A DNA stretch of 63,200 nucleotides from Bacilli bacterium (GTDB lineage Bacteria; Bacillota_I; Bacilli_A; RF39; UBA660), in contig SKGN01000004.1 in the NCBI GenBank assembly GCA_007117415.1, positions 1-63,200 of the forward strand. Direction: 5' to 3'. The translations under genes were made by a program, and so were the position numbers. Below the pieces are notes generated by a model. It searched no databases. It saw nothing but the letters and a program-made list of their open reading frames with translations, and was not told the origin of the DNA. Of the stretch, positions 8,436-17,776 are shown piece after piece (within the stretch, counting starts at the first letter, position 1; every line of letters begins with the position of its first letter).

Positions 8436-11258
8436 ATGGATAAAATTATTATAAAAGGTGCTAGAGAAAATAATTTAAAAAATATAAATATTGAAATACC
8501 TAAAAACAAATTAGTTGTTATGACGGGGTTATCAGGTAGTGGTAAGAGTAGTTTAGCGTTTGATACTATTTATGCCGAAGGACAAAGAAGGTATGTTGAA
8601 TCTTTAAGTGCTTATGCTAGACAGTTTTTAGGAGGAACTGATAAACCTGATGTTGATACAATAGAAGGATTAAGTCCGGCTGTTAGTATAGAACAAAAAA
8701 CAACTAATAAAAATCCTAGATCGACGGTAGGAACGGTTACCGAAATTTATGATTATTTAAGACTTTTATATGCCCGTATAGGTGTGCCTTATTGTCCTGT
8801 TCATCATATTCCTATAACTAATCAAAGTATCGAAGAAATGGTTAATAAAATTTTAGAATTGGAAAGCAATATAAAAATAGTAATTATGTCGCCTATTATT
8901 AGTGGCGAAAAAGGAACACATAAGGATATTATTGAAAGTTTAAGGAAAAATGGTTTTGTTAGAGCAAGAATAAACGGAGTCGTTAAAGATTTAAGTGAAC
9001 AATTTAATTTAGATAAAAATAAAAGGGATAATATAGAAGTAATAATAGATAGATTAATAATTAAAGAAGGGATTAGAACAAGGTTATATGATTCTATTGA
9101 GACGGCTATCAAATTATCTGGTGGCAAGGTTATCATTGAAGTAATAGGCCAAAAAGAAATTGTCTTAAATGAAAATTTAGCGTGTCCTTATTGTGATTTT
9201 TCAATTGAAGATTTAGAACCAAGGGCCTTTTCTTTCAACTCTCCTTATGGGGCTTGTTTTGATTGTAAAGGAATTGGATTTAAATTAAAAATTGATGAGG
9301 ATTTAATTATTCCCAACAAGAATATTAGTTTAAATCAAGGCGCAATCAAACCCCTTAGTACTATGGATGATTCAAATATATATATAAAGAAATTAGAAAT
9401 AGTTTGTGCGAAATATAATATTGATATGAATAAGAAAGTTAATGATTTAAAGAGAAAAGAATTAGATATTCTTTTATATGGTTCTAAAGATATAATAAAT
9501 TTTAATTTTAACTCAAGAAGCGGCAATAATTATATAAATAAGGAACCTTATGAGGGTGTAATAAATAATTTACAAAGAAGATATTTAGAAACTAATAGCG
9601 AGTATATTCGCGATTGGATAGGTCAATATATGATTGAACAAACATGTTCAAGTTGTAAAGGATCAAGATTAAAAGAGAGTGTTTTGAATGTTTTAATTGC
9701 TAAAAAAAATATAAATGATATATGTGAATTAAGTATTAGAGATATGTTATATTTTTTTAATAATTTAGAATTAACTGGCGAAAAGAAAGAAATATCTAAA
9801 TTAATAATAAAAGAAATAAAAGAAAGGTTAATGTTTTTAGTGAATGTAGGTTTGGATTATTTAAGTCTTAACCGAACTTCAGGAACTTTATCTGGCGGAG
9901 AATCTCAACGAATAAGGTTAGCAACCCAAATTGGTTCCAGATTATCTGGTATTTTATATGTTTTAGATGAACCTAGCATAGGGTTGCATCAAAGGGATAA
10001 TCAAAAACTAATTAATTCGTTATTAGAAATGAGAGATATAGGTAATACCCTTATTGTTGTAGAACATGATCATGAAATGATGTTACAAGCAGATTATTTA
10101 ATTGATATTGGTCCTAAAGCAGGAATTAAAGGAGGTTACATAGTTGCCGAAGGAACGCCAGAAGAGGTCATGAATAACCAAAAGAGCATAACGGGTTTAT
10201 ATTTAAAAGGAGAAAAAAAGATAGATATACCTAAAACAAGAAGAAAAGGTAATGGTAATTTCATCGAATTAAAGGGGTGCTCAGCAAATAATTTAAAGAA
10301 TATAAATGTTTCTTTTCCGTTAGGAACATTCATCTGTGTTACTGGTGTGTCAGGAAGTGGTAAATCAACGTTAGTTGAGGAAATATTATATAAATCTATT
10401 GCCAGTAATCTTTACAAAGTTAAAGAGAAGCCAGGAAAACACAAAAAAACAATAGGATTAGAAAATATAGATAAAATTATTAATATTACTCAAAATCCTA
10501 TTGGTAGAACCCCAAGAAGCAACCCAGCTACTTATACTGGTGTATTTGATGATATTAGAGATGTTTTTTCTGAAACAAAGGAAGCTAAAATTAGAGGTTA
10601 TTCAAAAGGTAGATTCTCATTCAATGTTAAAGGAGGAAGATGTGAATCTTGTAATGGAGATGGGGTTAAAAAAATAGAAATGCATTTTTTGCCTGATGTT
10701 TATGTTCCTTGCGAACTTTGTAAAGGTAGTAGGTATAATATTGAAACACTGGATATAAAATTTAAAGGAAAAAATATAGCCGAGGTTTTAAATATGACAA
10801 TAGAAGAATCTTATGAGTTTTTTGATAATATATATAAAGTGAAAAATAAATTAAATGTTTTATTAGATGTAGGCTTAGGTTATTTAAAATTAGGACAAAG
10901 TGCTACAACTTTATCAGGAGGAGAAGCAAGTAGGGTTAAATTAGCTAAAGAGTTACAAAAAAAACCAACTGGAAAAAGTTTGTTTATTTTAGATGAACCC
11001 ACTACCGGGTTGCATGTAGATGATGTCAAAAAGTTGTTAAAAATATTAAATCGAATAGTTAATAATGGTGATACAGTGGTGGTTATTGAACATAATTTAG
11101 ATGTCATAAAAGTTTGCGATTATATTATTGATTTAGGGCCAGAAGGAGGTAATTTAGGAGGTTATATTATTGGGTCTGGAACACCAGAATATATAGCGAG
11201 CATAAAAAAATCTTACACTGGTCAATATTTAAAAAAACTATTATATACAAAAGACTAA
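8436..11258 (+). CDS. uvrA: Excinuclease ABC subunit A
   Basis: Two ABC modules (GLSGSGKSSLAFDT and GVSGSGKSTL; LSGGESQR and LSGGEASR) plus zinc-finger Cys clusters. Confidence 0.95.
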   Translation: MDKIIIKGARENNLKNINIEIPKNKLVVMTGLSGSGKSSLAFDTIYAEGQRRYVESLSAYARQFLGGTDKPDVDTIEGLSPAVSIEQKTTNKNPRSTVGTVTEIYDYLRLLYARIGVPYCPVHHIPITNQSIEEMVNKILELESNIKIVIMSPIISGEKGTHKDIIESLRKNGFVRARINGVVKDLSEQFNLDKNKRDNIEVIIDRLIIKEGIRTRLYDSIETAIKLSGGKVIIEVIGQKEIVLNENLACPYCDFSIEDLEPRAFSFNSPYGACFDCKGIGFKLKIDEDLIIPNKNISLNQGAIKPLSTMDDSNIYIKKLEIVCAKYNIDMNKKVNDLKRKELDILLYGSKDIINFNFNSRSGNNYINKEPYEGVINNLQRRYLETNSEYIRDWIGQYMIEQTCSSCKGSRLKESVLNVLIAKKNINDICELSIRDMLYFFNNLELTGEKKEISKLIIKEIKERLMFLVNVGLDYLSLNRTSGTLSGGESQRIRLATQIGSRLSGILYVLDEPSIGLHQRDNQKLINSLLEMRDIGNTLIVVEHDHEMMLQADYLIDIGPKAGIKGGYIVAEGTPEEVMNNQKSITGLYLKGEKKIDIPKTRRKGNGNFIELKGCSANNLKNINVSFPLGTFICVTGVSGSGKSTLVEEILYKSIASNLYKVKEKPGKHKKTIGLENIDKIINITQNPIGRTPRSNPATYTGVFDDIRDVFSETKEAKIRGYSKGRFSFNVKGGRCESCNGDGVKKIEMHFLPDVYVPCELCKGSRYNIETLDIKFKGKNIAEVLNMTIEESYEFFDNIYKVKNKLNVLLDVGLGYLKLGQSATTLSGGEASRVKLAKELQKKPTGKSLFILDEPTTGLHVDDVKKLLKILNRIVNNGDTVVVIEHNLDVIKVCDYIIDLGPEGGNLGGYIIGSGTPEYIASIKKSYTGQYLKKLLYTKD

Positions 11259-11367
11259 ATAAATGCTAAAATTGTAACTAGAATAATAAGTTATAACTGT
11301 AATATAAATAATCTTTTAATATTTTTATGCAGAGTTTCTTAACTTAATGTAAAAGGGGCGATAATAC

Positions 11368-12693
11368 ATGGATAAAGCTTTTAATTTTTTATTGAATGAA
11401 GTAGGAATTAAGTACAGAGATACTATTGTTGTAGGTGTTTCTGGCGGTTCTGATTCCATGGCGTTATTGCATGTATTATGCGAATTAAGAAAAGAAACGG
11501 ATATTTTTATAATATGTGCTCATGTTAATCATAATACTAGAGAAGAAAATGATAACGAAAAACTTTTTATCGAAAAATATTGCGATAATAATCAAATTTT
11601 ATTTGTAAATATGAAAATAGAAGAATATGGTGATGATAATTTTCATAACGAAGCAAGGAGTAAGCGCTATTTTTATTTTGATTCCGTTGTAAAAAAATAT
11701 GGAGCTCATTATCTTGTTACGGCTCATCACGGTGATGATTTAATTGAAACCATCCTAATGAGATTAGTAAGGGGATCAACTTTTAGAGGTTATGCGGGAT
11801 TTAGTAAAACCTTAAATATGGGTAGTTATAAAATATTAAGGCCTTTAATCCATGTAACAAAAGAGGAAGTTTTAGAATATAACAAAAAAAACGGTATAAA
11901 ATATGTGGAAGATCCAAGCAATAAAACTAACAAGTATACAAGAAATAGATATCGTAAATACTTATTGCCATTTTTTAAAAAAGAAGATAATCGTGTCCAC
12001 GAAAAATTTTTAAAGTTTAGCGAAATGATATATCTATATAATGATTATATAGATAAACAAATGAACAAGGTTATAAATGAAGTTTATGGACAAAATATAT
12101 TGAATATTGAAAAGTTTTTGAGCATTGAAAAAGTCTTGCAAATTAAAATAATAAATTTTATTTTTGAAAGTATATATCATGATGATTTAATGCTTATATA
12201 TGACAGTCATATTGAATTAATATATAAATTAATAAAATCAACTAAACCTAATTCACATATTCACCTTCCTAACAACGTCAAAGTAATCAAAGCATATAAT
12301 AATTTAAGTTTTATAAAGGAAGAATTAGAGGCTAATGAGTATGAGATTGAAGTAATTTCATATGTTAATTTACCAAATGGTATGAATATTGAGGTTGCTG
12401 ATAAATGTGAATGGACTAATAACTATGTCAGTAGATTAAGTAGTAAAGAAATAAAGTTACCATTATATGTTCGTAATAAAAAGAGTGGAGATAGGATTGA
12501 ATTAAAAGGAATGTTAGGTAGAAAAAAAATAAAAGATATATTTATTGATTCTAAAATATCGGGGATAGATAGAGAAACATGGCCTATTGTTGTAGATTCA
12601 ACTGAAAGAGTAGTATGGATACCTGGTTTGAAAAAATCTAAATATGATAAATCAAAAGACGAAAGTTATGATATAATATTAAAATATTATTAA
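11368..12693 (+). CDS. tilS: tRNA(Ile)-lysidine synthase
   Basis: PP-loop SGGSDS (VGVSGGSDSMALLHVL). About 440 aa. Located directly upstream of ftsH, as in Bacilli. Confidence 0.9.
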   Translation: MDKAFNFLLNEVGIKYRDTIVVGVSGGSDSMALLHVLCELRKETDIFIICAHVNHNTREENDNEKLFIEKYCDNNQILFVNMKIEEYGDDNFHNEARSKRYFYFDSVVKKYGAHYLVTAHHGDDLIETILMRLVRGSTFRGYAGFSKTLNMGSYKILRPLIHVTKEEVLEYNKKNGIKYVEDPSNKTNKYTRNRYRKYLLPFFKKEDNRVHEKFLKFSEMIYLYNDYIDKQMNKVINEVYGQNILNIEKFLSIEKVLQIKIINFIFESIYHDDLMLIYDSHIELIYKLIKSTKPNSHIHLPNNVKVIKAYNNLSFIKEELEANEYEIEVISYVNLPNGMNIEVADKCEWTNNYVSRLSSKEIKLPLYVRNKKSGDRIELKGMLGRKKIKDIFIDSKISGIDRETWPIVVDSTERVVWIPGLKKSKYDKSKDESYDIILKYY

Positions 12694-12707
12694 GAGGAGG
12701 TTTTTTA

Positions 12708-14624
12708 ATGGTTAAAAAAAATAATATTAGAAGAGGATTTTTCCCTTATTTGTTACTTATTATTATAGGATTTATAGTAATAATGGCTTTGAATTTCTTC
12801 AATCAAAAAATAAACGTACTTACTTATAATGAGTTTGAAGAATTATTAAGAAGTGAAGAAATAGAGACTATAACGATAGTCCCTCGTGATAGAGCAAAGG
12901 TTTATGAAGTAACAGGAAGACTATTTGAATATGAAGAAAATGAAACTTTTTTTTCAAGAGTGCCATTTTCTGAACAAGTAATGACCAGAATATTAAACGC
13001 AAGAGAAGAGTATGGCTTTGAATTAAATACAGAATCTGATCCGGAGTCAAGCACCTTTTTATTATTCTTGCTTAATGTTTTACCTATTTTATTGCTAGTT
13101 GGTGGGGTTTTCTATATTTTTGCTAGACAGATGTCGGGAAATACTAGATCTCTTGATTTTGGCAAAAGCAAAGCTAAACTTCATGAAGATAGTGATAAAA
13201 CCACGTTTGAAAAAGTTGCAGGATTAACCGAAGAAAAAGAAGAAGTAGCAGAATTAATTGATTTTCTTAAAAATCCTAAGAAATTTCAAAGTTTAGGAGC
13301 TAGAATTCCTAAGGGAGTTTTATTGGTTGGTCCTCCTGGGACGGGAAAAACATTATTGGCCAAAGCCGTAGCAGGAGAAGCTAATGTACCTTTCTATTAT
13401 ATAAGTGGTTCTGATTTTGTTGAACTTTTTGTTGGGATAGGTGCTAGTCGAGTTAGAGATATGTTTAAACAAGCGAAGCATAATGCTCCATGTTTAATTT
13501 TTATTGATGAAATTGATGCCGTCGGAAGACAACGAGGGACGGGATTAGGTGGCGGTCACGATGAACGTGAACAAACTTTAAATCAATTGTTAACGGAAAT
13601 GGATGGTTTTGGAGTTAACGAAGGAATTATAATTATAGCCGCTACTAATAGACCAGATGTATTAGATCCGGCCCTACTTAGACCAGGAAGATTTGATAGA
13701 CAGGTTACAGTAAATTTACCAGATATAAAAGGCAGAGAAGAAATACTTGAAGTTCATGCAAAAAACAAAATATTCTCTCCTTCAGTTAAATTTTCTAACA
13801 TTGCAAAGAGGACAGTAGGATTTAGTGGAGCCGATTTAGAAAACTTACTTAATGAAGCAGCGCTATTAGCAGTAAGGCTCAATAAAAAACAAATAACTAT
13901 GTCCGAAATAGATGAGGCAACGGATAGGGTTTTAATGGGTCCGGCTAAAAAAAGCAAGAAATATACTGAAAAAGAAAAAAGTTTAGTAGCTCATCATGAA
14001 GCTGGTCATGTTGTATTAGGATTAAAACTAGATGATGCTCATGATGTTCAAAAAGTAACCATTATTCCTAGAAGTTATGCTGGTGGATATGCAATGATGG
14101 TTCCCAAAGAAGAAAAATACACTCAAACAAAAAAAGAGTTAACTGAAAGAATAATTGGTTTACTTGGGGGGCGAGTGGCTGAGGAAATAATCTTTAACGA
14201 GATTACAACGGGCGCTCACAATGATTTTGGGAAAGCAACTAAAATAGCTAGAAGTATGGTTACGGAATATGGAATGAGCGATTTAGGTCCAATTCAATTA
14301 GAAGATAGAGAAGAAGGCGTTTTCTTAGGAAGAGATTATAATAAAAGTCGTAATTTTTCTAATGAAGTTGCTCATGAAATAGATGAACAAATTAGAAAAA
14401 TAATTAGTGATTGTTATAATAAAGCCCAAAAGATTATTAAAGAAAATGTTGATTTATTAAAATTAATAGCTGAAACCTTAATTGAACATGAGACATTAAC
14501 CAAAGAACAAATAGATTATTTAGTGGAGCATGGTTACATGCCAAAAGAAGAAACAGAGGTAGAATCCAAAGAGGTAAAAGTTAATAAAACAACTGCAAAA
14601 GAAAAAAAGAAAAACTCTAATTAA
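12708..14624 (+). CDS. ftsH: ATP-dependent zinc metalloprotease FtsH
   Basis: Two N-terminal TMs, AAA Walker [12 protein letters not shown] region, zinc motif HEAGH. Confidence 0.95.
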   Translation: MVKKNNIRRGFFPYLLLIIIGFIVIMALNFFNQKINVLTYNEFEELLRSEEIETITIVPRDRAKVYEVTGRLFEYEENETFFSRVPFSEQVMTRILNAREEYGFELNTESDPESSTFLLFLLNVLPILLLVGGVFYIFARQMSGNTRSLDFGKSKAKLHEDSDKTTFEKVAGLTEEKEEVAELIDFLKNPKKFQSLGARIPKGVLLVGPPGTGKTLLAKAVAGEANVPFYYISGSDFVELFVGIGASRVRDMFKQAKHNAPCLIFIDEIDAVGRQRGTGLGGGHDEREQTLNQLLTEMDGFGVNEGIIIIAATNRPDVLDPALLRPGRFDRQVTVNLPDIKGREEILEVHAKNKIFSPSVKFSNIAKRTVGFSGADLENLLNEAALLAVRLNKKQITMSEIDEATDRVLMGPAKKSKKYTEKEKSLVAHHEAGHVVLGLKLDDAHDVQKVTIIPRSYAGGYAMMVPKEEKYTQTKKELTERIIGLLGGRVAEEIIFNEITTGAHNDFGKATKIARSMVTEYGMSDLGPIQLEDREEGVFLGRDYNKSRNFSNEVAHEIDEQIRKIISDCYNKAQKIIKENVDLLKLIAETLIEHETLTKEQIDYLVEHGYMPKEETEVESKEVKVNKTTAKEKKKNSN

Positions 14625-14665
14625 ATAGAGTTTTTTTCTTTTTTTGGATAAAATGTAATAAATGA

Positions 14666-14694
14666 TTGACAACGGTATAAAAAAGTGATAGAAT
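14666..14694 (+). promoter_or_regulatory. Near-consensus sigma-A promoter for the 14721 gene
   Basis: TTGACA 14666-14671, a 17-nt spacer ending in TGA (extended -10 TG), TAGAAT 14689-14694. Confidence 0.5.
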
Positions 14695-14720
14695 ACAAAG
14701 CCGAAAAGAGGGTGAATTAA

Positions 14721-15914
14721 ATGAGCAGATGTCTAGTAGACTCAATTGAAGTAATTACTGATAAAAAGGGTTTAAAATCAATAGAAGTAAAATATATAAA
14801 CGGGAAGAAAAAAAAGTATCCTTATAGCGATTCAAATTTAACAGATATTGTTAAGGAGACTCAATTTAATGCCGAAAATATAAATTATTATGAAAAAGAT
14901 AAACCAAAAAAAATTAAACTGGTTATTTATGGAGTTTGTATAATAGTAGCTGTAACATCAAGTTGGTATATTATGCGTTCATTAAGTAATAGGAACGGCT
15001 TATCTAAGGATAGTCCATATAACGGAGGAAATGTAACAACGCCTCCATCTATTGTAGATGATTATGATAAAAACAAAAAAAGTGATACTTATAAAGATTT
15101 TAAAGAAACTTTAAAAAAAGAAGAAAATCATTTTGATAAATTCGATATAGAAGAGATTAAAAGGATTGTTTTTGAAGTACAAAATCAGATTTCAAAATCA
15201 GAGGGATTAGTAGTATCTAACGAGGATTTACTGGCTATGACATTACTTGCTAATAACGTTGATCCTGGGGAAGCAAACCTTTTTGAGAACATAGTAAAAC
15301 CGTTAGCGGCTATTATGAATATAAATGTTATTGGTACAGGAAGTATTTATAGTGGTGTAACCTCGGTCAATAATGAAAGAGTGCCGTTAAATTTAGATTT
15401 AATGTTTGCCAATAAAAAAGATAGAGCGTTTGTATCATTGTTTATTTCTAAGAGAGAAGCTTTAATAGATGCTATTTATGAAGGTAATAAAGATTTGGCT
15501 GATGAAATGGCAAAAGAATATTTTTTATTACAGTGTAAAGCTTTAAAGGATGAAAAACCTGTTTTAACTAAAGAAGGAATGATTGCAATAGAGTCAGTTA
15601 GTACGATGGCTAAATTTACGGTTACAACTATGTCTTTATGTACTAATGCTATTTTTGGAGGTATAGACCCAAATTATTCATTAGCGTATGATGCAGTCAA
15701 GGATTTAAATTCTGATGAATTAGAAGAATATAATTTACCTAATTTAATAGATACGTTAAATAATAATAATAGAGTATATGGAACTATTTTATTGAAACAA
15801 TTAGATAAGGGTATGTTAGAAAAATTTCCTTCAATAGAAAAACAAAACAAAAACGAAGAAGGAAATTGCAATAAAACTTCTCAAGAAGAAAATCAAAAAA
15901 TAAAAAGACTTTAA
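14721..15914 (+). CDS. Hypothetical single-pass membrane protein (about 70-aa cytoplasmic N-terminus, about 300-aa extracytoplasmic domain)
   Basis: 397-aa ORF with SD GAGGGTG. TM segment KLVIYGVCIIVAVTSSWYIM. No motif recognised. The last codons and the stop lie in the palindrome arm that flanks the IS. Confidence 0.6.
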   Translation: MSRCLVDSIEVITDKKGLKSIEVKYINGKKKKYPYSDSNLTDIVKETQFNAENINYYEKDKPKKIKLVIYGVCIIVAVTSSWYIMRSLSNRNGLSKDSPYNGGNVTTPPSIVDDYDKNKKSDTYKDFKETLKKEENHFDKFDIEEIKRIVFEVQNQISKSEGLVVSNEDLLAMTLLANNVDPGEANLFENIVKPLAAIMNINVIGTGSIYSGVTSVNNERVPLNLDLMFANKKDRAFVSLFISKREALIDAIYEGNKDLADEMAKEYFLLQCKALKDEKPVLTKEGMIAIESVSTMAKFTVTTMSLCTNAIFGGIDPNYSLAYDAVKDLNSDELEEYNLPNLIDTLNNNNRVYGTILLKQLDKGMLEKFPSIEKQNKNEEGNCNKTSQEENQKIKRL

Positions 15915-15997
15915 AATGGAGTGAACCCCATTTTGGACACTATAAAATAAAAGACGTCTGTGATAAAATAACATCTCAAAAAGGAGATGTTATTTTT

Positions 15998-16291
15998 ATG
16001 CAGAAAAAGGGAACGATTCATAGAAGATATACAGACGAATTAAGATTAACAATTGTAAATGAATATCTAGGCAATAAAGGTTCTTCAAGAAGTCTAGGCA
16101 AAAAATATAATATATCATATAAAACAATTGATAATTGGATTCAAAAACACAAGAGAATAAACTATAATTTTAAAGACAACAGAATTACAAATAGTGGCCG
16201 TAAAAATGAAGAAAATATTGATTATAAAGAAAGATATGAAATCTTAAAAAAATACCAAGCCTTCCTAAAGGCACAACGCGAGAGAAAGTAA
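15998..16291 (+). CDS. IS3-family transposase OrfA (HTH DNA-binding part)
   Basis: 97 aa, HTH-like SRSLGKKYNISYKTIDNWIQK. The C-terminal EILKKYQAF spans the slippery A-run. Confidence 0.85.
   Translation: MQKKGTIHRRYTDELRLTIVNEYLGNKGSSRSLGKKYNISYKTIDNWIQKHKRINYNFKDNRITNSGRKNEENIDYKERYEILKKYQAFLKAQRERK
16246..16272 (+). promoter_or_regulatory. Programmed -1 ribosomal frameshift signal of the IS (A AAA AAA heptamer plus downstream hairpin)
   Basis: A7 at 16246-16252 is in X_XXY_YYZ register with orfA. The -1 frame opens at 16240 and runs into orfB. A small hairpin, GCCTT 16259-63 with AAGGC 16268-72, lies 6 nt downstream. Confidence 0.7.
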
Positions 16292-16332
16292 CATTTATTA
16301 GTTTATATATAAATACATATAAACTCTCTAAC

Positions 16333-17094
16333 ATGTGTGCAGTTTTAGAAATAAGTAAAAGAACTTATTATAAATATAGGAATGTTGAAGATAACGATTA
16401 TTATGATTATTTAATAATAAAAGAAATATTTGATGATTCTAAAGGTACATATGGATATCGTAGGATAACAGAAGGCTTAAAGATTAAATATGGTGTAATA
16501 TTTAATCATAAAAAAGTTAAAAGAATAATGAATAAATACTATATAAAACCAGAATATATAAAGATAATCAGACCTAATATTACTTATAAAAGAATATTAG
16601 AAAATGTAAAACCTAATTTAGTAAAAAGGAAGTTTACTGTTGATTTAGAAAATAAAATTTGGTGTACAGATATCACTTATCTAATATTAGACAATAAACG
16701 AGCTTATTTATCAACAATAATTGATTTATATGATAGAAAAGTTGTTGCTTATAAAATCTCTAAATTTAATAATAATCGGTTAGTTATTGACACATTGAAT
16801 GAAGCTTTAGGCAAAAGAAAAGATGTATCTGATTTAATAATCCACTCTGATCAGGGATTCCAGTACACATCTTTCGAGTACAAAGCTATATGTGAATCTA
16901 ATCACATACAAATTTCCATGAGTAGAAAGGGAACTCCAATAGATGATTCTCCAATGGAGTCTTTTCATTCAATTCTCAAGAAAGAAACTTTGTACAATAA
17001 TGAAATTACATCTTTACAAGAATATATAATTCTTGTTGAAGATTGGATATTATTTTATAACACAACTCGTTTAAAGTCAAAAAATAAGAAGTAG
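16333..17094 (+). CDS. IS3-family transposase OrfB (DDE integrase core); likely made as an OrfAB fusion, since its frame is open from 16240
   Basis: Catalytic motifs WCTDITY (D), IIHSDQGFQYTS (D) and ESFHSILKKE (E, with K 7 residues later). The upstream frame reads ...KVTFISLYINTYKLSNMCAVLEISKRTYYKY, typical of an IS3 OrfB N-terminus. Confidence 0.85.
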   Translation: MCAVLEISKRTYYKYRNVEDNDYYDYLIIKEIFDDSKGTYGYRRITEGLKIKYGVIFNHKKVKRIMNKYYIKPEYIKIIRPNITYKRILENVKPNLVKRKFTVDLENKIWCTDITYLILDNKRAYLSTIIDLYDRKVVAYKISKFNNNRLVIDTLNEALGKRKDVSDLIIHSDQGFQYTSFEYKAICESNHIQISMSRKGTPIDDSPMESFHSILKKETLYNNEITSLQEYIILVEDWILFYNTTRLKSKNKK

Positions 17095-17159
17095 AAAATT
17101 TCTACTTCCTTTAAAAAGTCTTTTTTATTTTTGTGAACTAAATGGGGTTCACTTCAATT

Positions 17160-17609
17160 TTAAAGTCTTTTTATTATGCCGCAAGCCACTCTTTCACCGG
17201 CGTTTCCTGAAGGTTGACTTCTATAGTCGTCGGGATTTAAATGAATAATGACTGTTTTATTGATAACATCCTTTGGTTTAAAGCGTTGAGTATAAACAAT
17301 CATATAGGCATACCCATTATTTGATAGTATTGATGGTAAATCACCAACATGAAAAGGGTGCGGTTGATTGGTTGGATTATAATGCCCTTTAGCATCTTCA
17401 AACATTTTATTGTTACAACTTTCTCCTTCGTGAATATGAAAGGCGAAAGGGCCAATTGGAGGAATATCCTTTATTGGAGGTTTAGTTTTGGGCAAATTAT
17501 TTATTTCTATTTTTACTAAGGTTCCGTTTTTCCATGGATAGAATTCTACCATTCCGTTTAGAGAAGGAGCTAAAAAATTACCTTTTAATATAGCTATAGC
17601 GTCAGGCAT
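17160..17609 (-). CDS. Cu/Zn superoxide dismutase family protein (SodC-like) with no obvious signal peptide
   Basis: Motifs FHIHEGESC, GHYNP, HPFHVGDLP, IIHLNPDD and GNAGERVACGII together give the complete Cu/Zn ligand pattern. SD AGGAGG upstream. Confidence 0.8.
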   Translation of the reverse strand: MPDAIAILKGNFLAPSLNGMVEFYPWKNGTLVKIEINNLPKTKPPIKDIPPIGPFAFHIHEGESCNNKMFEDAKGHYNPTNQPHPFHVGDLPSILSNNGYAYMIVYTQRFKPKDVINKTVIIHLNPDDYRSQPSGNAGERVACGIIKRL

Positions 17610-17686
17610 AAAATACCTCCTTTTAACTATAATTTAGTTTATTCAAAATTAAAAAAAAGTTGTGTATAGTAAAACTTATAATTTTG

Positions 17687-17722
17687 TAACATGTCTATCA
17701 TTATTAATAATGATAGACATGT
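17687..17722. repeat. Perfect 36-bp palindrome in the divergent sodC-like/mscS-like intergenic region (candidate operator)
   Basis: AACATGTCTATCATTATT|AATAATGATAGACATGTT is 18+18 nt with no mismatch. It ends 5 nt before the -35 of the + strand promoter. Confidence 0.8.
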
Positions 17723-17727
17723 TAGGG

Positions 17728-17756
17728 TTTGAAAATATATATTGGTCATGCTATAA
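17728..17756 (+). promoter_or_regulatory. Sigma-A-type promoter of the mscS-like gene
   Basis: TTGAAA 17728-17733, a 17-nt spacer ending in TGC (extended -10), TATAAT 17751-17756. Confidence 0.55.
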
Positions 17757-17776
17757 TTTTAATAGAGGTGATTAAG

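Larger units (their letters stand above)
15922..17151 (+). mobile_element. IS3-family insertion sequence (IS150-like ends, TG...CA)
   Basis: IRL TGAACCCCATTTTGGACAC (15922-) matches the reverse complement of IRR, TGAACCCCATTTAGTTCAC (-17151). orfA and orfB are arranged 0/-1. DDE(K) triad present. Length 1230 bp. No clear target-site duplication was seen. Confidence 0.85.
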
